Below, piece by piece: positions 54,885 to 64,000 of a stretch of DNA of 64,000 nt. Source of the DNA: an uncultured Acidobacteriota bacterium (lineage in GTDB: Bacteria; Acidobacteriota; Terriglobia; Terriglobales; Acidobacteriaceae); assembly GCA_963846375.1 (NCBI GenBank), contig CAWJVV010000025.1, positions 94,689 through 158,688 of the forward strand. Reading direction: 5' to 3'. Both the position numbers and the translations under genes were made by a program. The notes beneath the pieces are model-generated. The model did no database searches and had not been told where the DNA came from. It was given only the letters and a program-made list of their open reading frames with translations. Within the stretch, counting starts at the first letter, position 1; every line of letters begins with the position of its first letter.

Positions 54885-55583
54885 ATGAATAAGATTATTC
54901 TTGCGGATTCTCAGGCTATCTTCCGCGCCGGCACAGCCAAGGTGTTGGCCACACACGACGAGTTGCGCATCATTGCACAATGTGCCGACCTGGAGCGGCT
55001 GTTGCACGCCGTCACCACGTTTCCTGGCGCCATCGTACTCTTTGCCGCGTCGCTGCGCCCCGACCTGTCGCGCATGCGCAAGCTTCTGGAAACCTCCAAC
55101 AGCCGCGGCATCGTGATTGCCGAAAATTCCGACTCCGCCTCCGGTTACCTTCAACTCGGTTTTCGCGGCGTCGTATTTCGCAACGTAAGCGGCAATTCGC
55201 TGATTGAATGTGTGCGCCGCGTGGCCGCGGGCGATACCTGGATCCCGCCCCAACTTGTCGTAACCGATTCGGCGGAAGAGGATCTCGTCGGAAGCCGGGT
55301 TCGCGACCGGCTCACGCCAAAGGAAATGCGGATCGTCGCCCTCATCGTGCAGGGCTGCAAAAATCGCGAGATCGCCTCCCGCCTCAAGACGACCGAACAG
55401 GTGATCAAGAATTACCTCCGCTCCATCTACGACAAGACCGGCGTGAGCGACCGGCTCGAACTCGCTCTGTTTACCATCCACCACCGGGCGCTGGCTGCTG
55501 CCGCCAACGAAGTCGGGAGCAAACTCGAAGCTGAGGAGCAGCAACAGCAACAGCAACAGGCCGGTGCCTCCGCTGTAGCCTAG
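54885..55583 (+). CDS. NarL/LuxR family regulator with atypical receiver and poly-Q tail
   Basis: HTH LTPKE...NREIA..L...VIKNY..IY.K.GV..R.EL. Confidence 0.9.
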   Translation: MNKIILADSQAIFRAGTAKVLATHDELRIIAQCADLERLLHAVTTFPGAIVLFAASLRPDLSRMRKLLETSNSRGIVIAENSDSASGYLQLGFRGVVFRNVSGNSLIECVRRVAAGDTWIPPQLVVTDSAEEDLVGSRVRDRLTPKEMRIVALIVQGCKNREIASRLKTTEQVIKNYLRSIYDKTGVSDRLELALFTIHHRALAAAANEVGSKLEAEEQQQQQQQAGASAVA

Positions 55584-55610
55584 CCCCGAATCGATAATCG
55601 ACTAGCATCA

Positions 55611-55644
55611 AGGGCCGCTGGGATTCTCATCCTGGCGGCCTTCT
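55611..55644 (+). terminator. Terminator-like hairpin
   Basis: AGGGCCGCTGGGAT-TCTC-ATCCTGGCGGCCTT. Confidence 0.6.
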
Positions 55645-56045
55645 CGCGTCTTGGTCCTGCTCGCTCGCGTCTTCCGCGCGCATTTCCCTACCAATCCGGC
55701 CGAAATTTGTCGGGCATCAACGCGGGCCGCGAATTCCTACAGATTTCCATAAAAAACTCATAAATCTTTCATAAACTATGTAATCCCATATGCAATTTAA
55801 TCGTCTCGCAATCGTTTATCGGTAGAAGGTATTTTATTTCAATCAGATAGGGCGTAAGTCCGATTTGGCCCTGCGATTGCAAAACTCTCTGTAATCTTCT
55901 TCCGGCTTTACGCCGCACTTCAACCATTTTGTGACGACCGGAGTCTTCCCCACCCCCCGAAATCGAGGGGAACGGTCCCACCCCAACACAAACCCTTTCA
56001 AACTAGTGGCTTGATCGGAACGTTTCCGGAGGATTCGGCAACTCT

Positions 56046-59000
56046 ATGAGAAAACGATTTTGCATTCCCCTGCTGTTCCTGTTAGCGCTGATCGCCTCAC
56101 CGCTTCATCTTCTGGCCCAGGCCACCGCGAGCGGTGCTGTTAGCGGCACGGTTTCTGATGCTTCCCAGGCCGTTGTCACCGGCGCCGAGGTCACAATCGT
56201 CAGCCTCGCGACCGACGAAAAGCGCACCACTTCCACCAGCGCCACCGGGGGCTATCGTTTCGATCTGCTCCAGGCGGGTGCCTACAAGCTGACGGTTTCC
56301 AGCCAGGGTTTCTCCACCGTCACGCAGAACATCGAACTGCTGGTTGGCCAGACAGTGAACGGCAACGTCACTCTGCGGCCGGGCGCCGCCACGCAAACCG
56401 TTGAAGTGGCCGGCGAGAATCCCCTCATCGACACCACCAAGACCAGCGTCAGCACTGAGATCACCCCGACCGAAGTCGAGCAGCTTCCCATGATCGGCCG
56501 CGATGTGGCCAACCTTGCTTACCTGGCTCCGGGCGTCAAGTTTGCTGACTCCTACGATCCCACCAAGGCGCGTTACGCCATCCTCTCCGTGAACGGTGAC
56601 GGCGGCCGTAACGTGAACGTGACCCTGAATGGCGTGGACAACAAGGACAACACCGTCGGCGGCCCCGTGATGCAGTTTCCTCTCGAAGCCGTTGAAGAGT
56701 ACAAGATCAGCACACAGCGTTTCTCCGCCGAGAACGGCCGCTCTGAAGGCGCCGCTATCAACGTCATCACCAAGCGCGGCGGCAACGGTTATCACGGATC
56801 GCTCTTCGGCTACTTCCGCGATACCAGCCTGAACACCGATGAGAAAGACGCCAACGGCGACGGCACGTCGACTCCGTCGCATCCCGACTACACCCGCCAG
56901 CAGTTCGGCGGTTCGGTCGGCGGCCCGTTCAAGAGAGACAAGGCCTTCGGCTTCTTCGCTCTCGAGCGCGAGCGCGAACACCAGAACTCTCCCGAGCAGT
57001 CCACCGCCTTCACCCAACTCACAGCCGCGGCACCCTATTTCCCCGGCGACAAGCCCTGGGCCGCGATTCCCAAGCCGTTTTACGAGTATCGCTATAACGG
57101 CCGCGCCGACTGGACGTTTTCTTCGAAGGAGAGCGCCTACATCAGCTACACCTCGCAGGCTAACAACAGCCTGAACGATCAATCCGACGGCACCGGCGAC
57201 GCCAACAATGGCAACTTCACCGTCAACCACCTGCAGTTGGCCAGCCTGAACATCAACTCGATCATCAACGACAGCACCGTGAACGCCGCCACCTTCGGCT
57301 TCCAGTACTGGAACAACCTCATCAACAGCACCATCAGTGCGCCGCTGGTCACGTTCCCGGCCCCTGCCTCCTTTGGCACCAACACCAACGTTCCTCAGCA
57401 GTCGTACCAGCGCAAGTGGCAGTTCAAGGACGACTTCTCCAAGACCATCGGCAAGCACACCTTCAAGACGGGCGTCGACTACATCTGGAACCCGGTCGAA
57501 GGCGGCTTCTTCGAGTTCAGCTCCACGCTTGAAATCGACTTCGGCGACAATCCCAGCAAGATCATCAGCGACTCCGCTGATTATCCCCAGAAGTTCGCTA
57601 CCCCAGGTGCGGTCGTCAGCATGGCGCAGGCCAATGGCGATCCCTCTTTCATCGTGGCCACCAAGCAACTCGGTTTCTACGGCCAGGACGACTGGAAGAT
57701 CTCTCGCCGCCTCACGCTGAGCCTCGGCCTCCGCTGGGACAAGGACTTCAACATGATCGGCGGCTCCGACATCAAGCACAGCCGTACCTACCTTGAACTG
57801 GTGGCTCTGAACAATCCGGTTTCGAACCCCTTCATCAAGAGCATAGCCCACGACGACAACCTTGATTTCAGCCCTCGCGTTGGATTTACGTACGACCTGA
57901 CCGGCAGGGGTAATCATGTCATTCGCGGCGGCTACGGGCTATACTACGGCAACGTGTTCCAGAACATTCCGCTCTTCATGGAGCAGATGGCGAACGCGAC
58001 CGTCTTCCAGACCGTGCTCAGCCTCTCGAGCCCCACCGACATCGTTACGGGCACCGGCATTCCGCTCGGCAGCTGGCGCTATGGTGTCGATCCCATGCCC
58101 ACCATCCCCCCGCCTTCCTCCCAACTGGCCCCCGGCAGCGTCGGCCGCCTGATGGACCCCAACTATCGCAACCCCGTCACCGAGGAGTTCAATGGCGGCT
58201 ACTCCTGGGCCATCAATCCCAACCTGGCGATTGAGGCCGAGTACACGCACGTTCTCGGCCTTCACGAGAACAAGACCATCAACGTCGACCAGAAAGTCGT
58301 GATGAACGGCAAGTGCTGCACGCGTCCGCTCGATCCCGCTTTTGCCGCCAACCCGTCGATTCCGGAAATGGCCAGCGTGCGCAACGAAGAGGCCATCGGC
58401 CGCGAGCGCTATGACGGCGTGTTCTTCGTCTTCAAGGACCACATCGCCAAGCGCCTGCAGCTCGATGCCAATTACGCACTCTCGTGGGCCAACGGATACG
58501 ACACCGGCGGCGGCTCGTTCCGCAACTATGCGCGCAATGGCTACGATCCCTTCAACCCCGCCGAATTCGGACCCTCGCCCAACGACGAGCGCAATCACGT
58601 TACCGTGGCCGGCCTGGTAAACCTGCCCAAGGGCTTTGAAATCGCCCCCATCATGCAGTACGGCTCGGCGCGGCCATACCAGCCCACAGCGCCCAGCAGT
58701 ACGCTGAACACCGGCGGCGGCACAAGCAATGCCGTCGTGGTGCCCATGTCCGATCCCAAGAACTGGTTTGCCTATGTCGGCAACAACGCCGGAGCCCAGG
58801 CCTGCTACTACGGCATCGGTCAATCCAAGTCGTGCACAATCGCCAAATATGATCCGCTGCGCGGCGATCCGTTCTTCCAGCTCGACATGCGGCTGGCCAA
58901 GAACCTCACCTTCCACGACCGATACAATGTGCAACTCGTGGCACAGGCATTCAACCTGACCAACCGCGCCAACTACGGCAACAATTTTGGCGCGAGCATC

Positions 59001-59105
59001 TCTGACTCCGCCACTTTCGGTCATCCGGCCGGCTTTATCGCACCCGGTTCGACCATCATCCCGCGTTCGCTTTGGGGCGAAATGGGAGCGCGTTTCACCT
59101 TCTAA
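56046..59105 (+). CDS. Oar-like TonB-dependent receptor with N-terminal carboxypeptidase-regulatory domain
   Basis: Signal peptide; GTVSDAS.AVV.GA.V; LP..GR; QDDWK; LGLRWD; FSPRVG; C-terminal RFTF. Confidence 0.92.
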   Translation: MRKRFCIPLLFLLALIASPLHLLAQATASGAVSGTVSDASQAVVTGAEVTIVSLATDEKRTTSTSATGGYRFDLLQAGAYKLTVSSQGFSTVTQNIELLVGQTVNGNVTLRPGAATQTVEVAGENPLIDTTKTSVSTEITPTEVEQLPMIGRDVANLAYLAPGVKFADSYDPTKARYAILSVNGDGGRNVNVTLNGVDNKDNTVGGPVMQFPLEAVEEYKISTQRFSAENGRSEGAAINVITKRGGNGYHGSLFGYFRDTSLNTDEKDANGDGTSTPSHPDYTRQQFGGSVGGPFKRDKAFGFFALEREREHQNSPEQSTAFTQLTAAAPYFPGDKPWAAIPKPFYEYRYNGRADWTFSSKESAYISYTSQANNSLNDQSDGTGDANNGNFTVNHLQLASLNINSIINDSTVNAATFGFQYWNNLINSTISAPLVTFPAPASFGTNTNVPQQSYQRKWQFKDDFSKTIGKHTFKTGVDYIWNPVEGGFFEFSSTLEIDFGDNPSKIISDSADYPQKFATPGAVVSMAQANGDPSFIVATKQLGFYGQDDWKISRRLTLSLGLRWDKDFNMIGGSDIKHSRTYLELVALNNPVSNPFIKSIAHDDNLDFSPRVGFTYDLTGRGNHVIRGGYGLYYGNVFQNIPLFMEQMANATVFQTVLSLSSPTDIVTGTGIPLGSWRYGVDPMPTIPPPSSQLAPGSVGRLMDPNYRNPVTEEFNGGYSWAINPNLAIEAEYTHVLGLHENKTINVDQKVVMNGKCCTRPLDPAFAANPSIPEMASVRNEEAIGRERYDGVFFVFKDHIAKRLQLDANYALSWANGYDTGGGSFRNYARNGYDPFNPAEFGPSPNDERNHVTVAGLVNLPKGFEIAPIMQYGSARPYQPTAPSSTLNTGGGTSNAVVVPMSDPKNWFAYVGNNAGAQACYYGIGQSKSCTIAKYDPLRGDPFFQLDMRLAKNLTFHDRYNVQLVAQAFNLTNRANYGNNFGASISDSATFGHPAGFIAPGSTIIPRSLWGEMGARFTF

Positions 59106-59112
59106 CCTGGAC

Positions 59113-59140
59113 CCCCAGCGACAGTCCATCGTCGCTGGGG
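59113..59140. terminator. Hairpin after the receptor stop codon
   Basis: CCCCAGCGAC-N8-GTCGCTGGGG. Confidence 0.5.
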
Positions 59141-59265
59141 TGCTCTCACCAGAACCGCCTTGGTTCTCATCCGGGGACAGTGTGCCACAGGCTCTGCCCC
59201 CCAACCTTCCCTTGTTGCGCCAGACGTCAAACCTCCAGCGCGTCAGTTTCGACGCAAAAGGGACA

Positions 59266-59306
59266 GCCCGGGGGATGTCACTCGCATGCATCCCCCGGGC
59301 ATTTTT
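59266..59306 (+). terminator. Intrinsic terminator between convergent genes
   Basis: GCCCGGGGGATG...CATCCCCCGGGC followed by ATTTTT. Confidence 0.75.
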
Positions 59307-59320
59307 CTGTCCACCTGCTA

Positions 59321-61420
59321 TTACGCTCCGATCGCCGGATCTGTAAAGCTCTCCTCTCCGGTCTCCACGTGTCCTGCCACCTGGTAGCGGAAGCTCGCGT
59401 CCTGCGCCACTTCGATGGTCACGTCATACCAGCCGTGCGTGCTTTTCAGGTTAAACGTCTGCGATCCCGTCGCGCCCGCAGCCACATGGCTCGACACCGT
59501 CGCCCCGCCATAACCATTTGTCAGCGTGATCGTCACAGCGGCCCCGCCGTGATTCGCCGCCGACACCGTGATGCTGTTGTCTTCCGCGTTCACGGTTGCT
59601 CTCACATCCAGGTTCGCCATGCCCGATCCCTTCACGCTTCCTTTGAACGCGCGCAGGAACCCGTTGGGCCCGTACACCGACAGATCGTAGCCTGTCAGAT
59701 TATTCGCCGTGATCGCGTACGTATCGGATACATGCGCGCCCTGGCCCACCGTACAGCTCCACGGTCCCTGGCTGCTGTTGCCCGACCGCACCTGGTACAC
59801 AGCGGTCTTGCCCTGGTTGCCAAAATGAATCGTGAACGTGCCGTCCTCAAAGTTCGCCATGCCGTGCGCGCTGAGTTGGTACGGCACGGGCCGCGCTGGA
59901 CGCACGCCCATCTCCTGCGCCGGGAGGGCCTGGTTCGCCGGCGGCACCGGCACATAATTCGGGTACGTATCCTGCGTCGGCGGAACGTATGCCGCCGTGC
60001 TTGGCAGCGCCACAATCCGTGCGTTCGGGTTCGAGAAATTGAACGCCGACGTCAGATCGCCCGATACGGCCCGCCGCCACGGCGTGATGTTGCTCTCAAT
60101 GAGCTCCGGATTCCTGTCCGCATAACGCGCCTCGATGAACCGGATCAGCGACGTGTGATCGAACACCTCCGAGCTCACATACCCGCCCTTCGACCACGGC
60201 GAGATCACGATCATCGGCACCCGCACGCCCAATCCGATCGGCCCATCCATGAACGATGCGTTTCCCACGATTAACTCGTTCGTCGTCGGAACCGTCGAGA
60301 TTCCCTGCGCGCGGTTCATCGGCGGTGTCGGCGGTACCTTGTGATCGAACAAGCCATCATTCTCGTCGTAGGTGAGGAAGAACGCCGTCTTCGCCCACAC
60401 CTTCGGATTCGCCGTCAACGCATCCAAAAACTGCGCAATGTACCAAGCCCCGTAGTTGGCCGGCCAGTTGGGATGCTCGCAATAAGCCTCCGGCGCCACG
60501 ATCCACGACACCTGCGGCAGCTTGTTCGCCATCACATCGGCGCGGAACTGGTCCACCAGGTGCGGAGCCACCTGCGGATTCGTTCCTGTCAGCGCATTGA
60601 TGTCGGTGCCTTGCAACGCGCCCTGAAACAAAGGGCTCCCCGGCGTCGAGTTCTGATACTGGTGGAAGTACAGCAGCGAGTTATCGCCGTAGTTGCCAAT
60701 GTACGACGGCCCCCAGCCCCAATAGAGCGGCGCCGTCAATCCCAGCCCCTGGTCCTGGTAGATCTTCCACGAGACGCCCGCTTTCACCAGCCGCTCCGGA
60801 TACGTCGACCACCCGTAGCCCGCCTCGGCGTTGTCCAGCACCGGGCCGCCGCCGCTGCCGTCGTTGCCCACCCAGCCGGTCCACATGTGGTAGCGGTTCG
60901 GATCCGTCGGGCCCAGCAGCGAGCAGTGATAGTCGTCGCACACCGTAAACGCATCTGCCAGCGCGTAATGAAATGGAATGTCCTCACGGTTCAGATGCGT
61001 CATCGAGATGGAGCTCTTCTGCTCCACCCATCCGTCGTACACGCCGTTGTTCCACGCGATGTGCGTCTTGTCCCAGCTGTGGTCGGTGTCTTCAATAAAC
61101 GTCAGGCCCAGGTTCGACACGTCGGGCCGGAACGGCAGCACGTAGCCGCCATTGCCGTCTGGCTGATACCACACCGGGTCGCCGTTGGGCAGCTTCATCA
61201 CCCGCGGATCGCCAAAGCCGCGCACGCCGCGCAGCGTGCCGAAATAATGGTCGAAGGCCCGGTTCTCTTGCATCAGGATCACGATGTGCTCGACGTCCTC
61301 AATGGAGCGCGTGGCGTCGTTTGCGGGGATCTCAAGCGCGCGAGCAATGCTCGCAGGAAAAGACGCGGAAACCGCCCCTGCGCTGAGCATCTGCAGGAAC
61401 GTACGGCGATTGGTTGTCAC
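59321..61420 (-). CDS. plcN: Phosphocholine-specific phospholipase C (Tat-exported)
   Basis: Tat signal NRRTFL; HIVILMQENRAFDHYFG; TDPNR; YDENDG; DHTS; AAGGAGG RBS before the GTG at 61420. Confidence 0.9.
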   Translation of the reverse strand: MTTNRRTFLQMLSAGAVSASFPASIARALEIPANDATRSIEDVEHIVILMQENRAFDHYFGTLRGVRGFGDPRVMKLPNGDPVWYQPDGNGGYVLPFRPDVSNLGLTFIEDTDHSWDKTHIAWNNGVYDGWVEQKSSISMTHLNREDIPFHYALADAFTVCDDYHCSLLGPTDPNRYHMWTGWVGNDGSGGGPVLDNAEAGYGWSTYPERLVKAGVSWKIYQDQGLGLTAPLYWGWGPSYIGNYGDNSLLYFHQYQNSTPGSPLFQGALQGTDINALTGTNPQVAPHLVDQFRADVMANKLPQVSWIVAPEAYCEHPNWPANYGAWYIAQFLDALTANPKVWAKTAFFLTYDENDGLFDHKVPPTPPMNRAQGISTVPTTNELIVGNASFMDGPIGLGVRVPMIVISPWSKGGYVSSEVFDHTSLIRFIEARYADRNPELIESNITPWRRAVSGDLTSAFNFSNPNARIVALPSTAAYVPPTQDTYPNYVPVPPANQALPAQEMGVRPARPVPYQLSAHGMANFEDGTFTIHFGNQGKTAVYQVRSGNSSQGPWSCTVGQGAHVSDTYAITANNLTGYDLSVYGPNGFLRAFKGSVKGSGMANLDVRATVNAEDNSITVSAANHGGAAVTITLTNGYGGATVSSHVAAGATGSQTFNLKSTHGWYDVTIEVAQDASFRYQVAGHVETGEESFTDPAIGA

Positions 61421-61634
61421 TGGGGACTTTCCTCCTTGGGAAGACGCGTTGGACGCGCCTGACCCCCGACCATAGCCCCCCATTGTTTCCAGCACGTGAC
61501 CGCCGCGTTGCAATCTGGTAACTGGACCGATTGACTACATCCACATCATCTCTGCCTTTGACGGGTGTTTCCGCGTACTTTCGAACCTATCCTGCGAACC
61601 GGGACACCCTCCTCGCCGTAATGCACATCCAGGA

Positions 61635-62405
61635 ATGCAAACGAGGTCGCCCATGAAATCGCTCCTCCTCCTGCTGCTTATCCCCGTACTCACACCCGCG
61701 CAAACCGCGAAACCCGCATTCGACGTGGCCTCCGTCAGGGCCAGCCAGCAGCAGGTCGGCCCCGATTACAACAATCAGGTCACGTCTACGCCGGCCGGCT
61801 ACACGGGCCACAACGTGACCATCAAGCGCCTCGTTGCCGATGCATACCGCTGCCAGCTCAATCAGGTGACCGGGCAGCCATGGATTGACCGCAACGAATA
61901 CGATGTGGAAGCGCGCATGCCTGAAGGCACAAACAAGGAGCAGACCGCCCTCATGCTCCGCAGCCTTCTCTCCGATCGCTTTCATTTAAAACAGCACAGC
62001 GAAAGCCGTGCGATGCGCGTCTACGAACTGACCGCGGGCCCGGGTGGCGCCAAGATCCACTCGGTTCAATCAGGAAACGCCGCGCTCGCCGGCCAGGGCC
62101 TTCACTTCCACGGAGACATGCACCAGTTCGCCGACCTGCTCACCATCCAGTTCTCCATCCCCGCCGCGGAGGATCCCACCAAGCCCGTAAGAGCCGGCGG
62201 TGACCCCATCCCGGTTCTCGACAAGACCGGGCTGACGGGCGTCTACGACTTTACCGTCGATATCAAGCCGGAGATGGGTACGGATCTATTCACCGCATGG
62301 AAGAGGGTTCTTGAAGAGGATTTGGGGCTGAAGATCGAAAGCAAGAAAGCCGACGTCCCCGTTGTCGTTGTCGACGATGCATTGAAGATGCCGACGGAGA
62401 ATTGA
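61635..62405 (+). CDS. TIGR03435-like acidobacterial secreted protein
   Basis: FDVASVR, YDVEA, LL.DRF.LK, VLDKTGLTG.YDF and LGLK...P.EN motifs. Confidence 0.85.
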   Translation: MQTRSPMKSLLLLLLIPVLTPAQTAKPAFDVASVRASQQQVGPDYNNQVTSTPAGYTGHNVTIKRLVADAYRCQLNQVTGQPWIDRNEYDVEARMPEGTNKEQTALMLRSLLSDRFHLKQHSESRAMRVYELTAGPGGAKIHSVQSGNAALAGQGLHFHGDMHQFADLLTIQFSIPAAEDPTKPVRAGGDPIPVLDKTGLTGVYDFTVDIKPEMGTDLFTAWKRVLEEDLGLKIESKKADVPVVVVDDALKMPTEN

Positions 62406-62522
62406 ATCCGGGGGCTCTCTGGGCAGATTCGATCAGGAGGGCAGATTTGCGCGCCGGTTTGCAGGGAGAACCTTCAGCAGGGAAGTGCTCGGAACGCTTA
62501 ATCTTGGGCGAATCCTCGATCA

Positions 62523-62551
62523 AATGATATCACCCGCGATGTGATATCATT
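62523..62551. promoter_or_regulatory. Toxin-antitoxin operator inverted repeat overlapping the -10 box
   Basis: Perfect IR AATGATATCAC-N7-GTGATATCATT; TATCAT lies 6 nt before the GTG. Confidence 0.8.
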
Positions 62552-62556
62552 CTGAA

Positions 62557-62979
62557 GTGAGGCTCGTGCTCGACACCGACGTGGTAGTCGCCGCGATGCG
62601 TAGTCCGCGCGGCGGGTCTGCCGAACTGCTCCGCAGGATCGATGACGGTAAGGCCGTAATGTTGCTCACCGTCGCCCTTGCTTTTGAGTACGAAGCAATC
62701 TGTACATTGGCTGATCATCGGTTGGCGTCGGGGCTCAGCGCATTGGAAGCGGGCACTTATGTCGACGGCCTGATCGGATTGGCGGAGCCCGTGAAGTCAT
62801 TTTTTCGCTGGCGCCCGCAACTTCGTGACCCTGGCGACGAACTGGTTTTGGAGGCTGCAGTAAATGGGCAAGCCGACGCAATTATCACGTTTAACGAAAG
62901 CCACCTGCGTGAGGCGCGCAGCACTTTCGGGATCGATGTTATTCGCCCCGCCGAGGCTCTGAGGAGGATCAAGAAATGA
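62557..62979 (+). CDS. PIN-domain toxin
   Basis: LVLDTDV, EY and RDPGDELVLEAA...IITFN motifs. Confidence 0.9.
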   Translation: MRLVLDTDVVVAAMRSPRGGSAELLRRIDDGKAVMLLTVALAFEYEAICTLADHRLASGLSALEAGTYVDGLIGLAEPVKSFFRWRPQLRDPGDELVLEAAVNGQADAIITFNESHLREARSTFGIDVIRPAEALRRIKK

Positions 62980-63227
62980 CGACGCGAGTTTCCACATTCC
63001 CCCTGCGCCTGCCGGTGTCGTTGAAAGCTGCGCTCGAAAAGATCAGCGAGCGGGACGGAACGAGTCTGAACCAGTTCCTGGTTATCGCGGCAGCGGAGAA
63101 GATCGCGGCGATGGAGACGGAGCGCTTCTTTGAGGAGCGCAAAAATCGCGCCGATCGCAAGGCTTTCCGGCGGATCTTGAATCGGAAAGGTGGCGTGCCG
63201 CCTCGTCCCGAAGACGAGATCGACTGA
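62976..63227 (+). CDS. Ribbon-helix-helix (HicB-like) antitoxin
   Basis: FPLRLP.SL and G.SLNQF..AAAEK; ATGA overlap with the toxin gene. Confidence 0.85.
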   Translation: MTTRVSTFPLRLPVSLKAALEKISERDGTSLNQFLVIAAAEKIAAMETERFFEERKNRADRKAFRRILNRKGGVPPRPEDEID

Positions 63228-63315
63228 GTCCTGGCGGAATATGGGAAAGAACGACAAGTCACCGGAACGCCCAACCTGACCCCAGCGTTGCGCCAACGTT
63301 CTCCGCGGCAGGGAG

Positions 63316-64000
63316 CTATCTTGCCTGGATCGCCACCGGCCCCGAAAGCCGCATCGTCGCGCCCGAATTTGGCGTCACCGTGATCTGCGTTCCACGCGCA
63401 AGATAGCGGCCAATCACCTCGGGCCGCGCCCAATCCAGCTCCCATCCATCTTCGATGGCCACAACCGTGTAATCGCCGGCAATCACATCGCGCAGCAGAA
63501 AGCCGCCGTCGGAGTCGGACTGATCGCGGCGGAACTGCGCCAGGCCAATCTCCGGATCGCGCGGCGCCAGCACAATCATCACACCCGGCGTTCCCTTGCC
63601 ATCCTTGAACGCAAAGCCCTCAATGTTCGTCTTGCCCTCCGCAAGTGTGATGGTTGCCGCCACAGGCCGGTCCTTCACCACGATGCGGCTCTCGCGCTGG
63701 TTCCCCGCCGTGGTCTCCACGCTCACCACTGCCAGCTTACCCAGAGTTGGCAACACCGACCACGTGCCGGAAGGAATGGAGTCAAATTGCGCCTGCTTGC
63801 CGTTTGCCTTCGCAACAAACACGCGATCGATCGAGGCTTCCGCCAGAAGCATGACACTCAAATTGTCGGGAGGCTCGGACCCATCCAACATTCTCACCTT
63901 CAGCGTCACGCTCTGCGTCGGCACGGCCGAAGACAGGTCCAGATCCCGGCTGCCCGTTGTTTCAATCTCGGTAATGTGGGGTGGATTTCCCTCCAGCACC
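63316..64000 (-). CDS. Carboxypeptidase-regulatory-like domain protein (C-terminal part; runs off the window)
   Basis: G....GVMIVL.P and DQSDSDGGF.LR.V..G.Y.V.A motifs. Confidence 0.75.
   Translation of the reverse strand, partial: VLEGNPPHITEIETTGSRDLDLSSAVPTQSVTLKVRMLDGSEPPDNLSVMLLAEASIDRVFVAKANGKQAQFDSIPSGTWSVLPTLGKLAVVSVETTAGNQRESRIVVKDRPVAATITLAEGKTNIEGFAFKDGKGTPGVMIVLAPRDPEIGLAQFRRDQSDSDGGFLLRDVIAGDYTVVAIEDGWELDWARPEVIGRYLARGTQITVTPNSGATMRLSGPVAIQAR

Overview
64 kb of high-GC bacterial chromosome. The gene content points to Acidobacteriaceae: TIGR03435-like protein, Oar-type TonB-dependent receptor, several GT-C glycosyltransferases and GGTGCCC-hairpin REP-like elements. Most of it is housekeeping or envelope genes (serS, ndh, trxB, yggS/yggU, ffh, can, sulfite reductase + cysG, mtnP, dapF-ldcA-mpl-plsC, nfeD/SPFH, plcN). 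Many genes in 1-43 kb are split by indels that look like assembly errors. I saw no rRNA, tRNA, CRISPR array, integrase or transposase. The most notable observations are: (1) an 8-copy 109-bp array made of a REP-like hairpin plus a diverged copy of the 3' end of the neighbouring ndh gene; (2) a 4-gene island bounded by matching REP-like elements and a duplicated cysG 3' end, with no mobility gene, so REP elements sit beside duplicated gene ends twice in this window; (3) a candidate cysteine-sensing leader-peptide attenuator upstream of sulfite reductase; (4) an orphan contractile-tail tube gene with its own promoter; (5) an MshEN-AAA ATPase fusion; (6) tandem Rrf2-type operators over a barrel-cytochrome c promoter; (7) a receiver-TrxB-like fusion lacking CxxC, paired with a cNMP-domain kinase. 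All family assignments come from motif recognition by eye; no database searches were run.
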